This document shows positions 11,751 through 23,820 of a stretch of 64,000 bases of DNA, piece after piece. A model generated the notes under the pieces. That model saw only the letters and a list, made by a program, of their open reading frames with translations, made no database searches and was not told the DNA's origin. Within the stretch, counting starts at the first letter, position 1. Each line of letters starts with the position of its first letter. The stretch comes from Camelus dromedarius (taxonomy: Eukaryota), in the NCBI RefSeq assembly GCF_036321535.1, contig NC_087466.1, positions 13,578,001-13,642,000 on the forward strand. Direction: 5' to 3'. The position numbers and the translations under genes were made by a program.

Positions 11751-12584
11751 TGCAAATTTTTTAAAAACTTAGTAAAATGTTAAGTTTCCTGTTATGTATA
11801 GTTTACCATAGTATAAAAAATAAGCGTCCACAAAAAAAGATATACGTCCATATCAAAGAGACAGAGGGAAGATCTACATACACAGAATTCCTTAAAGAAA
11901 TGCTCTAAGGAAGGAAGGAGGGAATGGATCTCTTTCCATTTGGGCAACAGGGAAAATTCTGTTTTTAATGTCCCCTGCAGTACCCTCTTGCTTAACTGCT
12001 GACTGTTTTTAACCCTGAGCAGGTCCCCACTATGTGAGCTCCTGCTTAAAATCACCCAGCACAAGCCTAAATCCTTGACTAATCCCCAGCTGCCCGGAGT
12101 TCCTCCAGGGTGCCCCTCTCCCTGCTGCAGCAAGAGAATAAACCTATCTTTGCAGACCATTGGCGAATTTCTGGCTATCTTTGGCTGGAAGACTTCAATA
12201 TTCCTCTCCCAGGAGATTGCCTCGGTCTAGCTAGGGAGACCATTTCAACCCCTCTCAACATCTTCTATGGCTTTCCTTGCTCTCACAATAAATAAACACA
12301 TCCTTTCTCTTCTGGACCAACTGCTAGACCCTCCCTCCCGCCTGGTAATCCAGTTCCACTTTCCTGGACCATCTCCAGCTCCCAGTCATCCTTTAGATTT
12401 TGACTCAAGAACCTGTCTGCAGAAACACACGTCTGCTGACCACAGGCTAGGTCTGCTTCTTCTGTCTTGTGCCCTCCCAGACCCCTTTTTTCATTCAGGA
12501 CACACCCCCAAATTGTCCTAAGACACACACTGGTGTGATTATCAGACTCCCCCACCGGCACGGGAAGATTCAGGTTTTGTGGGG

Positions 12585-13019
12585 TGTGGACCAAGAATGT
12601 TGCCACCATCAAGTTATCAGCAGCCTCCAAAGGTGTACCCTGAGGGGGTTCAGGATGGAGAAAAACACAGGATACTGGCCCTACATAGCTAAGATGCGTA
12701 TCAAAGGAATGATTTCAATGAGCCTAGACTCTTGCATCTTTCCACACATCAAAAAACACTGAAATCATTAACTGGAGATATCTGGGGTTTTTCTATGATT
12801 AGCGGTAGTCTTTTGATGTTTGACTACATGGGTTTTTTTTTTTTTTCGAGCAAAACTCCTATATCTCCTGGCTCCTCCTTACCACTTTGGAACAGTTCCT
12901 CAGAGCTCTCTGAGAGGTGGCCTTCCAGGCCATAGTCCTCAGAAGGTCCCTGAATGAAACATAACTCACAACCTTAAGGTTGTGTGGTTTTTTTGTTTTG
13001 TTTTGTTTTTCAGTCAACA
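12585..13019 (-). mobile_element. Solo ERV1-type LTR (cetartiodactyl family), copy A
   Basis: TG...CA termini, 4-bp TSD gggg (12581-12584 / 13020-13023). Clearly homologous, as reverse complement, to 16921-17467. Strand is relative to copy B. Confidence 0.8.
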
Positions 13020-13760
13020 GGGGCCTGAAGCTTATACTGTTTGGAGGCCCTAGTTTAGAAAAGGAATACACAGGCTGAATCACAAGTAAACAGAAGGGCA
13101 TTTCTGCAGAACGAGGAAAGGAGGGGCCTTGGATGAGGTCTTTTCAAGTGAGGGGCCTGAAGTTTGGTTTCATTAATTCCATGATGAACACATTTCTTCC
13201 TATAAAAGGTAACCACCCTGAAACGGGGCCTCTGTCCAATTTTGCTCAAATATTTACTAAATGTCCTGCTAGGGTGTATGAGAGGGTCTCATGCTATATT
13301 ACAGAGACCCCTCTTCAGACCACCTCCCCCCACCATCCCTGGATGCGTGTGGCTTGCTCCCTCACCCTCCTCAAGGCTCCTCAGAGTCGCCTAATTGATG
13401 AAGCCTTACCTGGCCACCTCACTTTAAACCCTCTGTAACTCTGCTTTGTTTTTTTTCCAAAATTACCCATCACTATCCACAAACTTCTTAAAAAAACACT
13501 TACTGTCTCTCTCTCCCCTCCTGGTAGAGTGTGAACGCTACTGGTTGGCTTCCAACATCTACAGCAGAGCTTGACACATACTAGGTCCTCGTTATATTTC
13601 TACTGAGTAAGTTAAGCCTGTGAGTGCAGTGCCATTGAGCTGAACGCATTTTGCACGTGGGGTGGACATAAACCTTTGAGGGCCAGACAGTGGATTCCGG
13701 TGGGCTAAATAATGGTTCCTAAACAGGTTCACATTCTAATCTCTAGAACCTGTGGATACA

Positions 13761-14534
13761 TGGCTATGATGTGTTTCCCCCACACCACCAAGCAATTCTC
13801 CAACACCAGCTGGGTATCCTACAATTCGACTCAATTCTGACACCATCTACCTCCCCCTTGCTGCCCTTCGAAAGCCATATTGTAAGCCCACATCGTTGTC
13901 ACCTGTGCTTCTGACAACTGGCTACAGCTGGGAGGTTCCCATGAGCCACCCTGCCTTGCGTTAGATTAATTTGCTAGAGCAACTCTCAGAACTCAGAAAA
14001 ACGTTTTGCTTACTGGACTATCAGTGTATCATAAAAGGGTATATCTCAGGTACAGCCAGATAGAAGACGCACAGAGCCGGGTGTGGGGAAATGGTACAGA
14101 GTGTCTTTGCGCTCTGAGCCCGGCACTCTCCCCAAATGCCCACCTCTTTACCAACCTGAAAGCTCTCTGAACTCTGTCCTTTTGGGACTTCACGGAGGCC
14201 TCTTTACATAGGAATGATTGGTTGAATCATTGGCCCTTGGCGATCAGTTCAACCTCCAGCCTCTCTCCCCTCCCAGGAGGTCAGGGGAAGGACTGAAAGT
14301 TCAAATGTTCTAATCACCTGGTAGGTTCCCCTGGCAACCGGCCCCCTTCCTCAGGTGCTTTCCAAAAATCACCACAGTAACATAAAGTCACATGTGGTTG
14401 GAAGGGATTTGTTAAGAATAACAGGATACCTTTATTGCTTTCATCACAGGAGATTCTAAGGATTTTAGGGGCTCTGGGGTAGAATTAGGACCAAGACCAA
14501 ATAGATGTTTCTTATTATAAACCACAATATCACA
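13761..14534 (-). mobile_element. MER21-type LTR nested in MLT1D
   Basis: caagcaattctccaacaccagctgggtatcctacaattc...tcttattataaaccacaatatcaca (reverse of the MER21 start TGTGATATTGTG). Confidence 0.7.
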
Positions 14535-14799
14535 GGTATCTGACATGGCAGAAGGGACTCTGCAGAAGTAATTAAGTTAGGAATCTTGAGATGCAGAGAT
14601 TATCCTGGACAATTGTTGTGAGCTCAGTATTATCACAAGGGTCCTTATAAAAGGGGGACAGGAGGGTTAGGGTCAGAGAGAGGAGATGTCACAGTGGAGG
14701 CAGAGGTTTGAGTGATGCTGGGCCATAAGCCAAGATTCTAGAAGCTGGCAAACATAAGGAAATGGATTCTTCCCTAGGGCGGGAGTAGTAAGAAACAGA

Positions 14800-15060
14800 T
14801 TTAGTATAGATTTTACTTTTCTATTGCTGCTATAACAAACTAGTACAGTTTAGGGGCTTAACACAGCACAGATTTTTCTCTGGCTGCTCTGGATGTCAGA
14901 GGTCTCAGTTGGGTCTTATGAGGCTAAAAGCAAGACTCAGTAGAGCTGTGTTCCTCCTGCAGGCTTTGGGTGAACATCTGTTCTTGGCCTTTCCCAGCTG
15001 GTAGAGGCTATTTGAATTCCTTGGCTCATAGCAACCTGACTCCAACCTCTGCAGCAATAA
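14800..15060 (-). mobile_element. Second MLT1-type LTR fragment, antisense
   Basis: ttctattgctgctataacaaac...ttcttggcctttcccagctggtagaggc...ttccttggctcatag. Confidence 0.55.
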
Positions 15061-16920
15061 AGCAGTGTGCCAGGAAGACTTTTGTGACTGTTTGTTACTC
15101 AGCATTATTGTGGCTATAGGTAACCGATACACAGAAGCAGATAAAAACACGGGCACACAACTATTGCAAAGCAGTACCTTCACTATGCCCAGCGATTGGT
15201 TCAGGCAGGAAGTGTAGTTGGAGGGTAGAGGAGGGCTTCCCTGCAAAGGCAGTGTTGAATCAAGCCCTCAGCATTTTTCCATGTAAGGGGAGTGTCAGAA
15301 GGAAAAGAAAAGCTGTGGTTAGAACCCTTGGGGCGAATCAGCAGCCTGGAAGCTTTGTGTGAAGCAGGGGCCAAAACAGAAACTCACAGGCTGCCCATGG
15401 CTGAAGCGGGCACTGAATGCTGGCCGGAGGGGTTGGTCTTCCCGCTCTGGTCCTTGATGGCCCCAAGTGCCTGTGAGCAGAGGCATGACGGGGTGAAAGA
15501 GATGTTTCTGGAAGGGCAACCTGGGGGACAGTATGTGCTTTTCAAGGAAGGGGATGCTACCAGCCCCAGCTTGGAGGAATGAGGAACAGATTTTACAGGC
15601 GACTTTTCTGCTGATAACTGCATTTCCATTAGCAACTCTTTTCAAATCCTTCAAAACAGAACTGAGTCAATGACTCACTGCCTAATGTTTAATTAATGCC
15701 AAAGATACTACACTTCGAGGTGATAGTGTGCTCAGAGACTTTTCTCACACTTAATGGTTTCCCTATGAGACCAGGAATGGGAGAGGAGAGTGGTGCTCAT
15801 CATGCTTGCAGATCTCAAAATTCTTGGAAATAGTCAGTTAGGGAGGAGAGAGTGGGGCTTCCAACACCGACTTCCAACCTCAACTCTGAGTTTCACTGGA
15901 GAAAACCAAGATGCAGAGAAGCCAGGAGACCACCCACTCCTGTCCCCCCAACCCTGCCCCCAGCTCTAATAGTACAAAACATTTGAGTCTTTTTTAAAAA
16001 GTCACTTTACTAATTACTCTGGTTTTAATCTTCTGCTATTTGATTAACTTAATCTTATTTTCCTCCAGAGGCTATTGCTAAAGTGATTTCCTTTTACTGA
16101 TGCAGGTTAATCTCTATAAGTACTTTCCCTGTTTTTGCTCTGTCGGCGATTCTGCCAAGGGTACCATGAAAAAAAGAAGTATACTTTTCCTATTTAACTG
16201 ACTGAGAAACCCCTCTTCTATACAGATCTGCAGCAACTCAAAAATTCTCCCCCTACCCCCATCTTGTCTTCCACTCCCTTCTCTTTTTGATTTGTGGTTG
16301 GAAAGGTTCTGTTTTGGTGTAAACATGGATTTGTCACCTGGTTGCCAGGCAACAGAAGCCACCCTAGTCGGGATGCATATAAATGTTACATTGTCCCCAG
16401 CCACCTCTGAGGCTGGGCCTGTCAAAACTCCCGCGTGTGTATGAGTCCTGTGGGGGAGCTGGTTAAAGACGTGAGCGGTGTCAGACCTTATCCCCAGCAA
16501 GTGCTAATGAGCAGGTGTGGTGAGAGGCCAGGAACTGGCTTTCAAAACCAGTGGCCCCCATGATGGCAGGAGACCTGAGAAACCCTGTGCCTAAGTATCA
16601 AATGGCAAATGGCATCAAGATGGGGCCATCTGAGCTTCGATAAGATAAAAGGGCTGAGAAAGTTGGACGGAACCATAGCTGGACCCTAATTTACTGGTGT
16701 ACAAGATTATTCTCTTCTGTTCCATTCCATTCCATCATGTTCTGTGTGTGTTGCGTATCTTAACTCATTTAATCCGATCGCAATGCAAGGAAGTTGAAAT
16801 GATCACCGCCTATTAAATAAAGGGACAGAGGTTAGGCAACTTATCCAAAGTTGCACAGCTAGGAAGTGGAGGGTCCAGGATTTGAACTGTGACTGTCCGG
16901 GTTTCTTAGCAGCAGCACTG

Positions 16921-17467
16921 TGTTGACTGGAAAAAAACAACACAACCTAAAAGTTGAGAATCATGTTGTATTTATTTTATTTATGTTTATAGGGAACATT
17001 ACTGAAGACCATAGCCCGGGAAGATACCCTCTCAGAGAGCTCTGAGGAGCTGTTCCAAAGAGGTAAGGGAGGAGCCAGGATATATATGCGTTTTTGCTGA
17101 AAAAAACAAGTACTCGAACATCAAAAGATTACTATTAGTCACAAAAAACCCTAGACATCTCAAGTTAAGCATTTTAATGCTTTTCTACATATGGGATGAT
17201 GCAAGAGTCTGGGCTCACTGAAATCATTCCTTTGATGTGCATCTTATCTAGGGCTAGTTCCCTGTTTTTCTCCATCCCAAATTCCCCTTGGGGTGCACCC
17301 TCAGGCGCGGCTGCTGGCTTGAAGGCGGCAACATTCTGTTTACTGAAATGGCAGGCAACATGGTTTTTAGACTTTCTTTTAAATTGAAGTATAGTTGATC
17401 TTTTTATTTTTTTAATTTAAGTACAGTTGATTTAGGCAACTTTTTTTTTGGGGGGGGAGGGTCCACA
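16921..17467 (+). mobile_element. Solo ERV1-type LTR, copy B, with a short L1-derived/T-rich insertion near its 3' end
   Basis: tgttgactggaaaaaaac...ctctcagagagctctgaggagctgttccaaag...gatgcaagagtctgggctcactgaaatcattcc...ggcaac...tccaca. Confidence 0.75.
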
Positions 17468-18580
17468 ATCAGGTGGTAGTTTAAAGTGAAGATGCCATAG
17501 CCAGACAGTCCGGGCTCAAACTCGACTTCTAACCTTTGCTCACTGCGCTGACCTGGTACAAGCTCGCTCAGCTGCGTGTGCGTCCGTTTCCCAAGTTTTA
17601 AATTGGGGAGAGCGATGATAACGTGTCATTCTTGTGCAGCCTGGCACCGGGTAACTGTTATTTCAATTCAGCTAATTTTGGAGGGCAGCGTAGAGCCGGG
17701 TGCTCAGGTTCCCTGCTTCCTCTCTGAGCTGCATTCCATGCTGGAACTTGGGCCTGAGGCTCGTGGATGGGGCAGAGGAGTCAGAAAAGGTGTGAAGGGG
17801 GTGCTTGATGTTGGGTAAGTGCCTCTGCAGTTTAGAAGGTATCTAGTGTTGGTGCTTTATGACCAGGAAGTAGGTGTGAAGGTGAAAATGGCCAGAGCAT
17901 CTAAGTGGCCATGTCCAGAGAGCATGATAAAGCCTTAAGACCCCCTCCCCGAGGTGACCCATTTAGAGTGGCCGCTCTGTCTGGGTGTTTGGGGTCAGCT
18001 CCTCTTCATCTGTCCTTTTAGTGCTTTTGAGGACTCTTCCTTTTGAAACTGGGTCTGAAGCCCGCCAGGACTGAGGTTTAGGGTGTCAGGGTGGTGGATA
18101 CAGGGAGGAAGGGCTGGGGCTGAAGGTGGGACCATTTCTGGCGCCCTTTTTACAGATGCAGCTGTGATGGTGGCAAAGGTGAGCGGAAGGAGGGTGGACC
18201 GGGTGCTAAGTGCCACCCAGACCCAGGTCAGGGTTCAAGAACTCTTCCCCCAGCTATGGGAACGACCTCAGCCCTTTGGGGCATGGCTTCTGCTGCAGAC
18301 TGTGGGGTCTTCTTGTCCCATATGGGACAGCTCTACAAGATCATCTTCAGAATTCCCTGCAGGGTTGGCTGAAGTTTCTGTTGAGACAGTATCGCAGCTC
18401 CAGCTCCCCCCTGACAGCCCCTTCCCTTCCAAGGGCGCTCCCCCAGTCAGCCTCCTGCCACCTCTGTCTCAGCATGGGCTTCCTGGGGACGCCGACTGGG
18501 CACTGCGACAAGGAGCAAAGGCGTGAGGCATTCCAAGCCAATCAAACAAAAGACCACAGTGAGTCGAGTCGAGTCCACTT

Positions 18581-18586
18581 TTTAAT
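18581..18586 (-). terminator. NOS1: Distal polyadenylation signal ATTAAA of NOS1
   Basis: Minus strand: ATTAAA aagtggactcgactcgactCA ctgtggtcttttgtttgattgg, i.e. a CA about 20 nt downstream followed by a GU-rich element. Confidence 0.7.
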
Positions 18587-19249
18587 ATTTTGACCATGAT
18601 GCAAACAGGCATAAGTAGACGTGTGTTGAGTTCCATCCAATTAGAAGATAAGAGCACAGAAGAGGGGCATGCGGCGGGCGTGGCCTGGACAACCTCGCAG
18701 AGAGCGTGGGGCGGGCGTCAGTCCTTCGGGGAAGGTGCTGGAGCACACGGGACACTTGGCAGAGATTAGCAGCATCGAGAGCTTAGAGGTAGGGGGGATC
18801 CGAGTTTCCGGCAGCATGTGTGTGGTGAGAGGCGACACCCGCTCGGCCCACCTCCCCGGCCCCCCAGCCCCGGAACGGAAACCCACTGGCACAGGGACCC
18901 GGGGCCGCCCCCCGGGGCCACCCGGGAAAACCACTGCTGAGCCCGGAGTGGGTCTGACAATCACAACAACACAACGACACAGAAAACGGGGCGGAGGCGA
19001 GGCGGGGGGCACGGGAGGGCACGGGCCTCCGTGGGTCTTAATCAGAATGGATGCCAAGGGCACGGTAGCTTACCAAAATGGGGCTCATGCCTTCCGTCTT
19101 GGGAGGGAGCTAGTGAAACCACACTTTTTTTTTATTCCCTCTTGAAATCCGTCAACTCTCAATTTGGCAGCAGATAATAGAAAGAAAAGCACTGGGCTGA
19201 GAAATGCTCTGATTATTCCAGAAGGTCGATGGTGAGAAGGCCTGGGGCA

Positions 19250-19455
19250 GCCCGTAGAGATTCTGTTGCCCCGAGGGGACATCTGGCAACGTCCGAAGAC
19301 ATGTTTGGTTGTCACAACTTGGGGGCGGGGGTACTGCTACTGACACCCGGCGGGTGGAAGCCAGGGGTGCCACTCAACACCCTACAATGCCCAGGACGCC
19401 CCCACCACAAAGAATTCTCCAGCAACAAACGCCAATAGTGCTCAAACTGATAGAG
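19250..19455 (+). mobile_element. MER20 DNA transposon inside the NOS1 3' UTR
   Basis: ggggacatctggcaacgtccgaagacatgtttggttgtcacaac...caatagtgc MER20 signature. Confidence 0.75.
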
Positions 19456-21543
19456 CCTGGACCAGAGTCTCTCAGAGCCCCCCGGGAGCCCCGTCTGAGC
19501 ACTCTGATGGCCTGGAGTCATTTGCTAGAACACCATGGAAAGCTGCCTCTTCAGGCAGATTCGTTCCTGCCTGCCAGGGCCACCTGGTTAAGAAAGGGCT
19601 CTGCTCTGGACCAGACACACCTGCCCTGCTTGCTCACAACCATGCAGAGATATCCTGGGATGCAACAAACTCAGAAACATACCAAGGCATTTTTACTCCT
19701 GATCGCATCCCTTGCATGCGGCTGACAAGTATTGATAGAGAACAGACCCCAAACAGCCCCTTTCCAGGGGTGACAGTTTGTGCAGGTCCTCACATCTGAG
19801 ACACATCAGTGTTTGGGGTGAGCTGGCTGTGACACCTGGCAGGGACCGGCAGGTGGACCCGGGACGGGGTGGGCGTGGGAGAGAGAGGAGAGGCCAGGCT
19901 ACTCTTAGTCCCAAAAGGCCAAATTCAGGTGTATGACAACCATCTGTGTTGAGTCCCTAGGGGGCACGGTCACTCCCTCAGCTTTTCAAATCCTTTTTCC
20001 TCTATCCCAGCTCTTGGTCTTTAATTCCTGAGCCAAATGGCACATTTGGATGCAGGAGAAGACAGGGAGCGTGGACAGGGCACTTGGGAAACCCAGATTA
20101 ATATTTCTTTTTCCTTGTCACTGGCAGACAGCCTCAGATGAACACGCGGGTTCAGACAGACGGCTCGGAGGGTAGGGTGGGCTCGGGGAAGAGCTGGAGA
20201 AGGGGCAGCAGTGATGGAAACATACAAGTAAACAAAAAGTCCACGCTTTTCTGAATGTCATGAATTCAAAGGGGCCGATGCTGTAGGACTGAGGGGGCCC
20301 AGACAGCGGCTTGCCCATCCTGGCAGGAACCATTTGTACCATGATCTGGGTCAGAACATCTCACTTGCTTCTGACTTGGGGCAAAACCTGACCTTCTTTT
20401 GGAAACCCAAAGCAGGTGGCTGCTGAGAGTGTGTTTGGCAAGAAGGTCCTGTGTTCTAAGGCCGATGTCTGCCGGCCTGGGGTCTGTTCTCTTTCAGCAC
20501 ATCTAAGCGTGGCTGGACCTTGGAATGATCCACCCTGTTGACTCGGGGAGAAGCTGGCTATTATGTCAACACCCAAGACTTATCTTTCCTCTGAGCCTGT
20601 TTTTTCTCTTGAGACCCCTTTCTCAGCCTAGAGGCAAGACTCTTGACTTTCCCTTTGTTCTCATCCTCCACCACAGATCAGTGTCCTGGGAATTCAACCC
20701 CTGGAATGCTCTTATCACTACATCTGCCCCTGCCCTCATTTGAGCCCTGGGTTACTGCAATAACCCACTGATAGTTCAAAAGGCCAGCCACCCACTCTCT
20801 ACGCTGCAGCCAGAACATTCTTTCCCAAGCATAACCCCAATCACCTTATTTTCCCCTTAAAAAAAAACAAAACACTCCTAAGGTGCTATTGCCTACCAAA
20901 TAAAGCCAAAAATCCCTTGGCATGCGACTCACCGCTCCCTACCTGTCCCTGCCAGTGTACCTCCACCTCCCTCAGCCTTCCAGAGCCAGGCTGCTGTGTC
21001 TGGAGCCCTGATTCACCCCACATGCTTCCCATCCATGCCTTTCCGCTCACTCTTCCCACAGCCTGGCCACCTTGTTTTCCCAAACCCGCTGGTGGAAACC
21101 CATCAATTTCTCAAGCCCCAGACCTGAGGCAGATTCTAAGACCTGTGTCTCTGCATACAGACCCAAACCTCCTATAAGGAAGGAACTGTGTTCTGATCTG
21201 TACATGACACTGTGCCTTCTACATATTGGAGAGGGAAGAAATGATACAGATTAAGTGAAAAAAAAAAGTGATACCTTACACTGGGCCAGGTACTGTAACC
21301 GGGCACTTAATGGGCATTATCTCATTTACTCCACCTTGGTATACAGGTGGTTATGTGGACTCAGAAAGGTTAGGTCACCAACTCACAGCTGTCTACAGAA
21401 ACAGAGGCAGAGTTAGTATCTGGACTCAGGTCTGCTTCTAAAATTCCACTTTGGTGCGTCTGAAGCATCCCCCCCACAGAGCAAAGATACCGGGCTGTCT
21501 GACTCCACAGAAACCAAGAGAAAACCCGTTTCCACTCAGGGAG

Positions 21544-21549
21544 TTTATT
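21544..21549 (-). terminator. NOS1: Candidate alternative poly(A) signal AATAAA in the NOS1 3' UTR
   Basis: AATAAA followed about 18-40 nt later by the U/GU-rich gggttttctcttggtttctgtgg. Confidence 0.45.
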
Positions 21550-23788
21550 TCTGCTGCTTTGGCAACCCAAGGTGCAGGAATAGGACTGTTGTAGGGGACG
21601 TCTCCTTCCTCCTGGCCAAACTCACTTCTGTGAAATGGAGCTGGAGCTACTGTTGGCCAATTCAAGAGGCAGAGAGAAACCAGGACAACCCCCCAATGCC
21701 CAGTCAACCCTGTTTTTTGCTCACCGACTGCTAAACCAAAACTTGCAGGCTACCAGGACGGAACTAAAAAAACCACCACAAGAGGGCAGCATTTAGCCAC
21801 CCTGGGTCAGAGTGGAATAGGAAATCAGGGCTCCACTCCTGATAGGCTCCTTACAGCGAGGCTTTTGGTATCAGAGATTTTGGCAACTGTGAGAAACACA
21901 TCAGACCAGTCTCCTGTCTTCCAGCCAGGAGTTACAAAGCCACTTTGTGTTGGGGGTTGAGAGGCATTTACTTAAAAACAAAATCCTTCTTGGGAAGAAA
22001 GATGGATCCTGGTTATATAATAATTTCTTTGGATTCCCTGATAAAACAAGATGATGTTTCCATCTGTCTGCTTGCTACTAGAAGGGGAGGGATTTCTGAA
22101 GAAGGTGCCTGGCATGGAGTAAGTGCTCATAAGTGTTTATCTGGCGATGGAAAAGCTTTCATGCATAAAGCTTGATTTGGAGAGGGGAGCGCTGATTAAT
22201 TCCTCTGTGATGGAGGCTGGACACAGCATTTCAGTCCCTGGGGAGCTAATGACATCTTAAGAGGTATCTCCAAAAGGCTCGAAGGCTTGGAAAGGAAGCC
22301 CCTGGGAGGAGAGCTAAGTTAGCAGGAAAGAAAGGGTTTAGAATGGGCTTCCTTCCAGGTCAGAAAGGGTCAACTGGGCATGCCGAGTTCTTGGTCTCTG
22401 TGCCCCGGGAGCCTGAGCAGGAGAAAACAGGATTAAAGGCAGGCTGGGGAATCATAACTGGCATGAGGTCGAACCCCGGGTGCCAGGGATGTGACACCAG
22501 CGGGGGCTGCCAGGGAGGGTGGAAAAAAGGTGAGATAGATTTACTCTTTGTCTTTAAGAGTCTCTGAGGTTGTCCCCTCCTGGGGACTCCCCTCTGGCAC
22601 CTCCAATCTAAGGTCCCTCCACCGAGGGCCAGGGCACTCTCCCTTTGGCAGACCCCCAAACTGAGAATCAAGGAAGAAGCGCCATGTGCAGTATACCAAG
22701 GGAAGGCCATCTTTCTGTGCAACCAAACCAAACCAAACAAGGCAGAAGACCAGACCTGGCTGCTTGCCTCCCTTTCAGCCCTGGGGAAGGCAGTTCCTGG
22801 GGGTCAGTGGGATTTCTTGGCTGTGGTGGGTGCCTCTCACCACTGACTTTTTAGCACTTACATGTAGAAAGGGAACCCTTCCACCCCATTTCATCCAAGA
22901 AGATGAACTGAGCTGGGTACCTGCCAGGGAGAAATTGCACCTGCCCAGATTCCTTGCTGCCCGTTTCTGATCTGAGTTGGGGATAATTTATTTGTCCAAA
23001 TTATTTTATCGGGTTAAAAATGTGGGGGAACTGTCTGTTAGAAGGCCAAAAAGCACGAGGGCAGGCTCTCCCCACCTGGGAAGAAGCCGCGAGGTGCCTC
23101 GTGATGGTCTCCCTCTCCAACCTGATCCAATTTCACTGGCTTCGGTTATTTTATCCCCAAGGCTGAAAAAGCAAGCCCCATTTGGGGGTGGGGGATAAAA
23201 AAATAACAATGATATTCTTCCTGGTTATTGTTTCCAGTCTCCACAACTTTAAAGTTCCATCCAGTCCTACTTTTTTAGCTTCATAACATCATTGTGACTA
23301 GGGAAACGAGGACAGGTGATGTCTGAAGTTATCCAGTGGCAAAGCTGGGGGGGTTCCTATTTCCAGCTCATTCCCTCAGACCACGTTACTCTCAGTCTTG
23401 TGGGTGGGACTGCCTGGGGAGGGCCAGTTCAGGTGATCCTGACTGGGGCGGGCAGGCGGGGGTTGCTTGGCAGCAGGTTTGCCCAATCCATTAAATGGGT
23501 TAATTTCCCAGTAAGGGCTCTGCTACCTGGTGTATCTAAATCATCCAATGCTGTGATTCCCCCTTTCGTTGCAGATTTCCCCCTTGATCATCATACCCCA
23601 CCTCCGTGCCCTGATCCTTTAAAACCAGGACAATTACGATGCTTCCAAGGGTTTCAGGGATACCAGCACAGACCCTTAGTTATGGACGCGTGAGGTCCCA
23701 GCAGGGGCCGGGGCATATTTCGTGGCACCGAGAGTCTGCAGGCGACATGCTTACACGGGCTAAAGGACAGACGGAGACCCAGGCCCAT

Positions 23789-23819
<31 letters not shown>

Positions 23820-23820
23820 G
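23789..23820. repeat. (CA)n/(CG)n microsatellite; GU repeat in the NOS1 mRNA 3' UTR
   Basis: cacacgcgcgcacacacacacacacacacacg, 32 nt of alternating purine-pyrimidine. Confidence 0.9.

Larger units (their letters stand above)
13700..15130 (+). mobile_element. MLT1D-like LTR split into pieces (about 13700-13760, 14535-14790, 15075-15130) by later insertions
   Basis: gaacctgtggataca | ggtatctgacatggcagaagggactctgcag...gagattatcctgga is collinear with the MLT1D consensus across the break. Confidence 0.6.

Noticed and set aside
12585-17467. Possible full-length provirus between two homologous LTRs
   Set aside because: The LTRs are in opposite orientation, copy A has its own TSD, and the interior contains L2/MaLR/MER21 with no gag-pol-env similarity that I can see.
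18083-19725. Several 130-160 aa plus-strand ORFs near the NOS1 3' end
   Set aside because: They arise from GC-rich, stop-poor sequence and a MER20. No recognisable domain or splice structure.
20228-20234. miR-30 seed match (UGUUUAC) in the NOS1 3' UTR
   Set aside because: A single 7-mer in 5.7 kb is near chance expectation, and conservation cannot be tested here.
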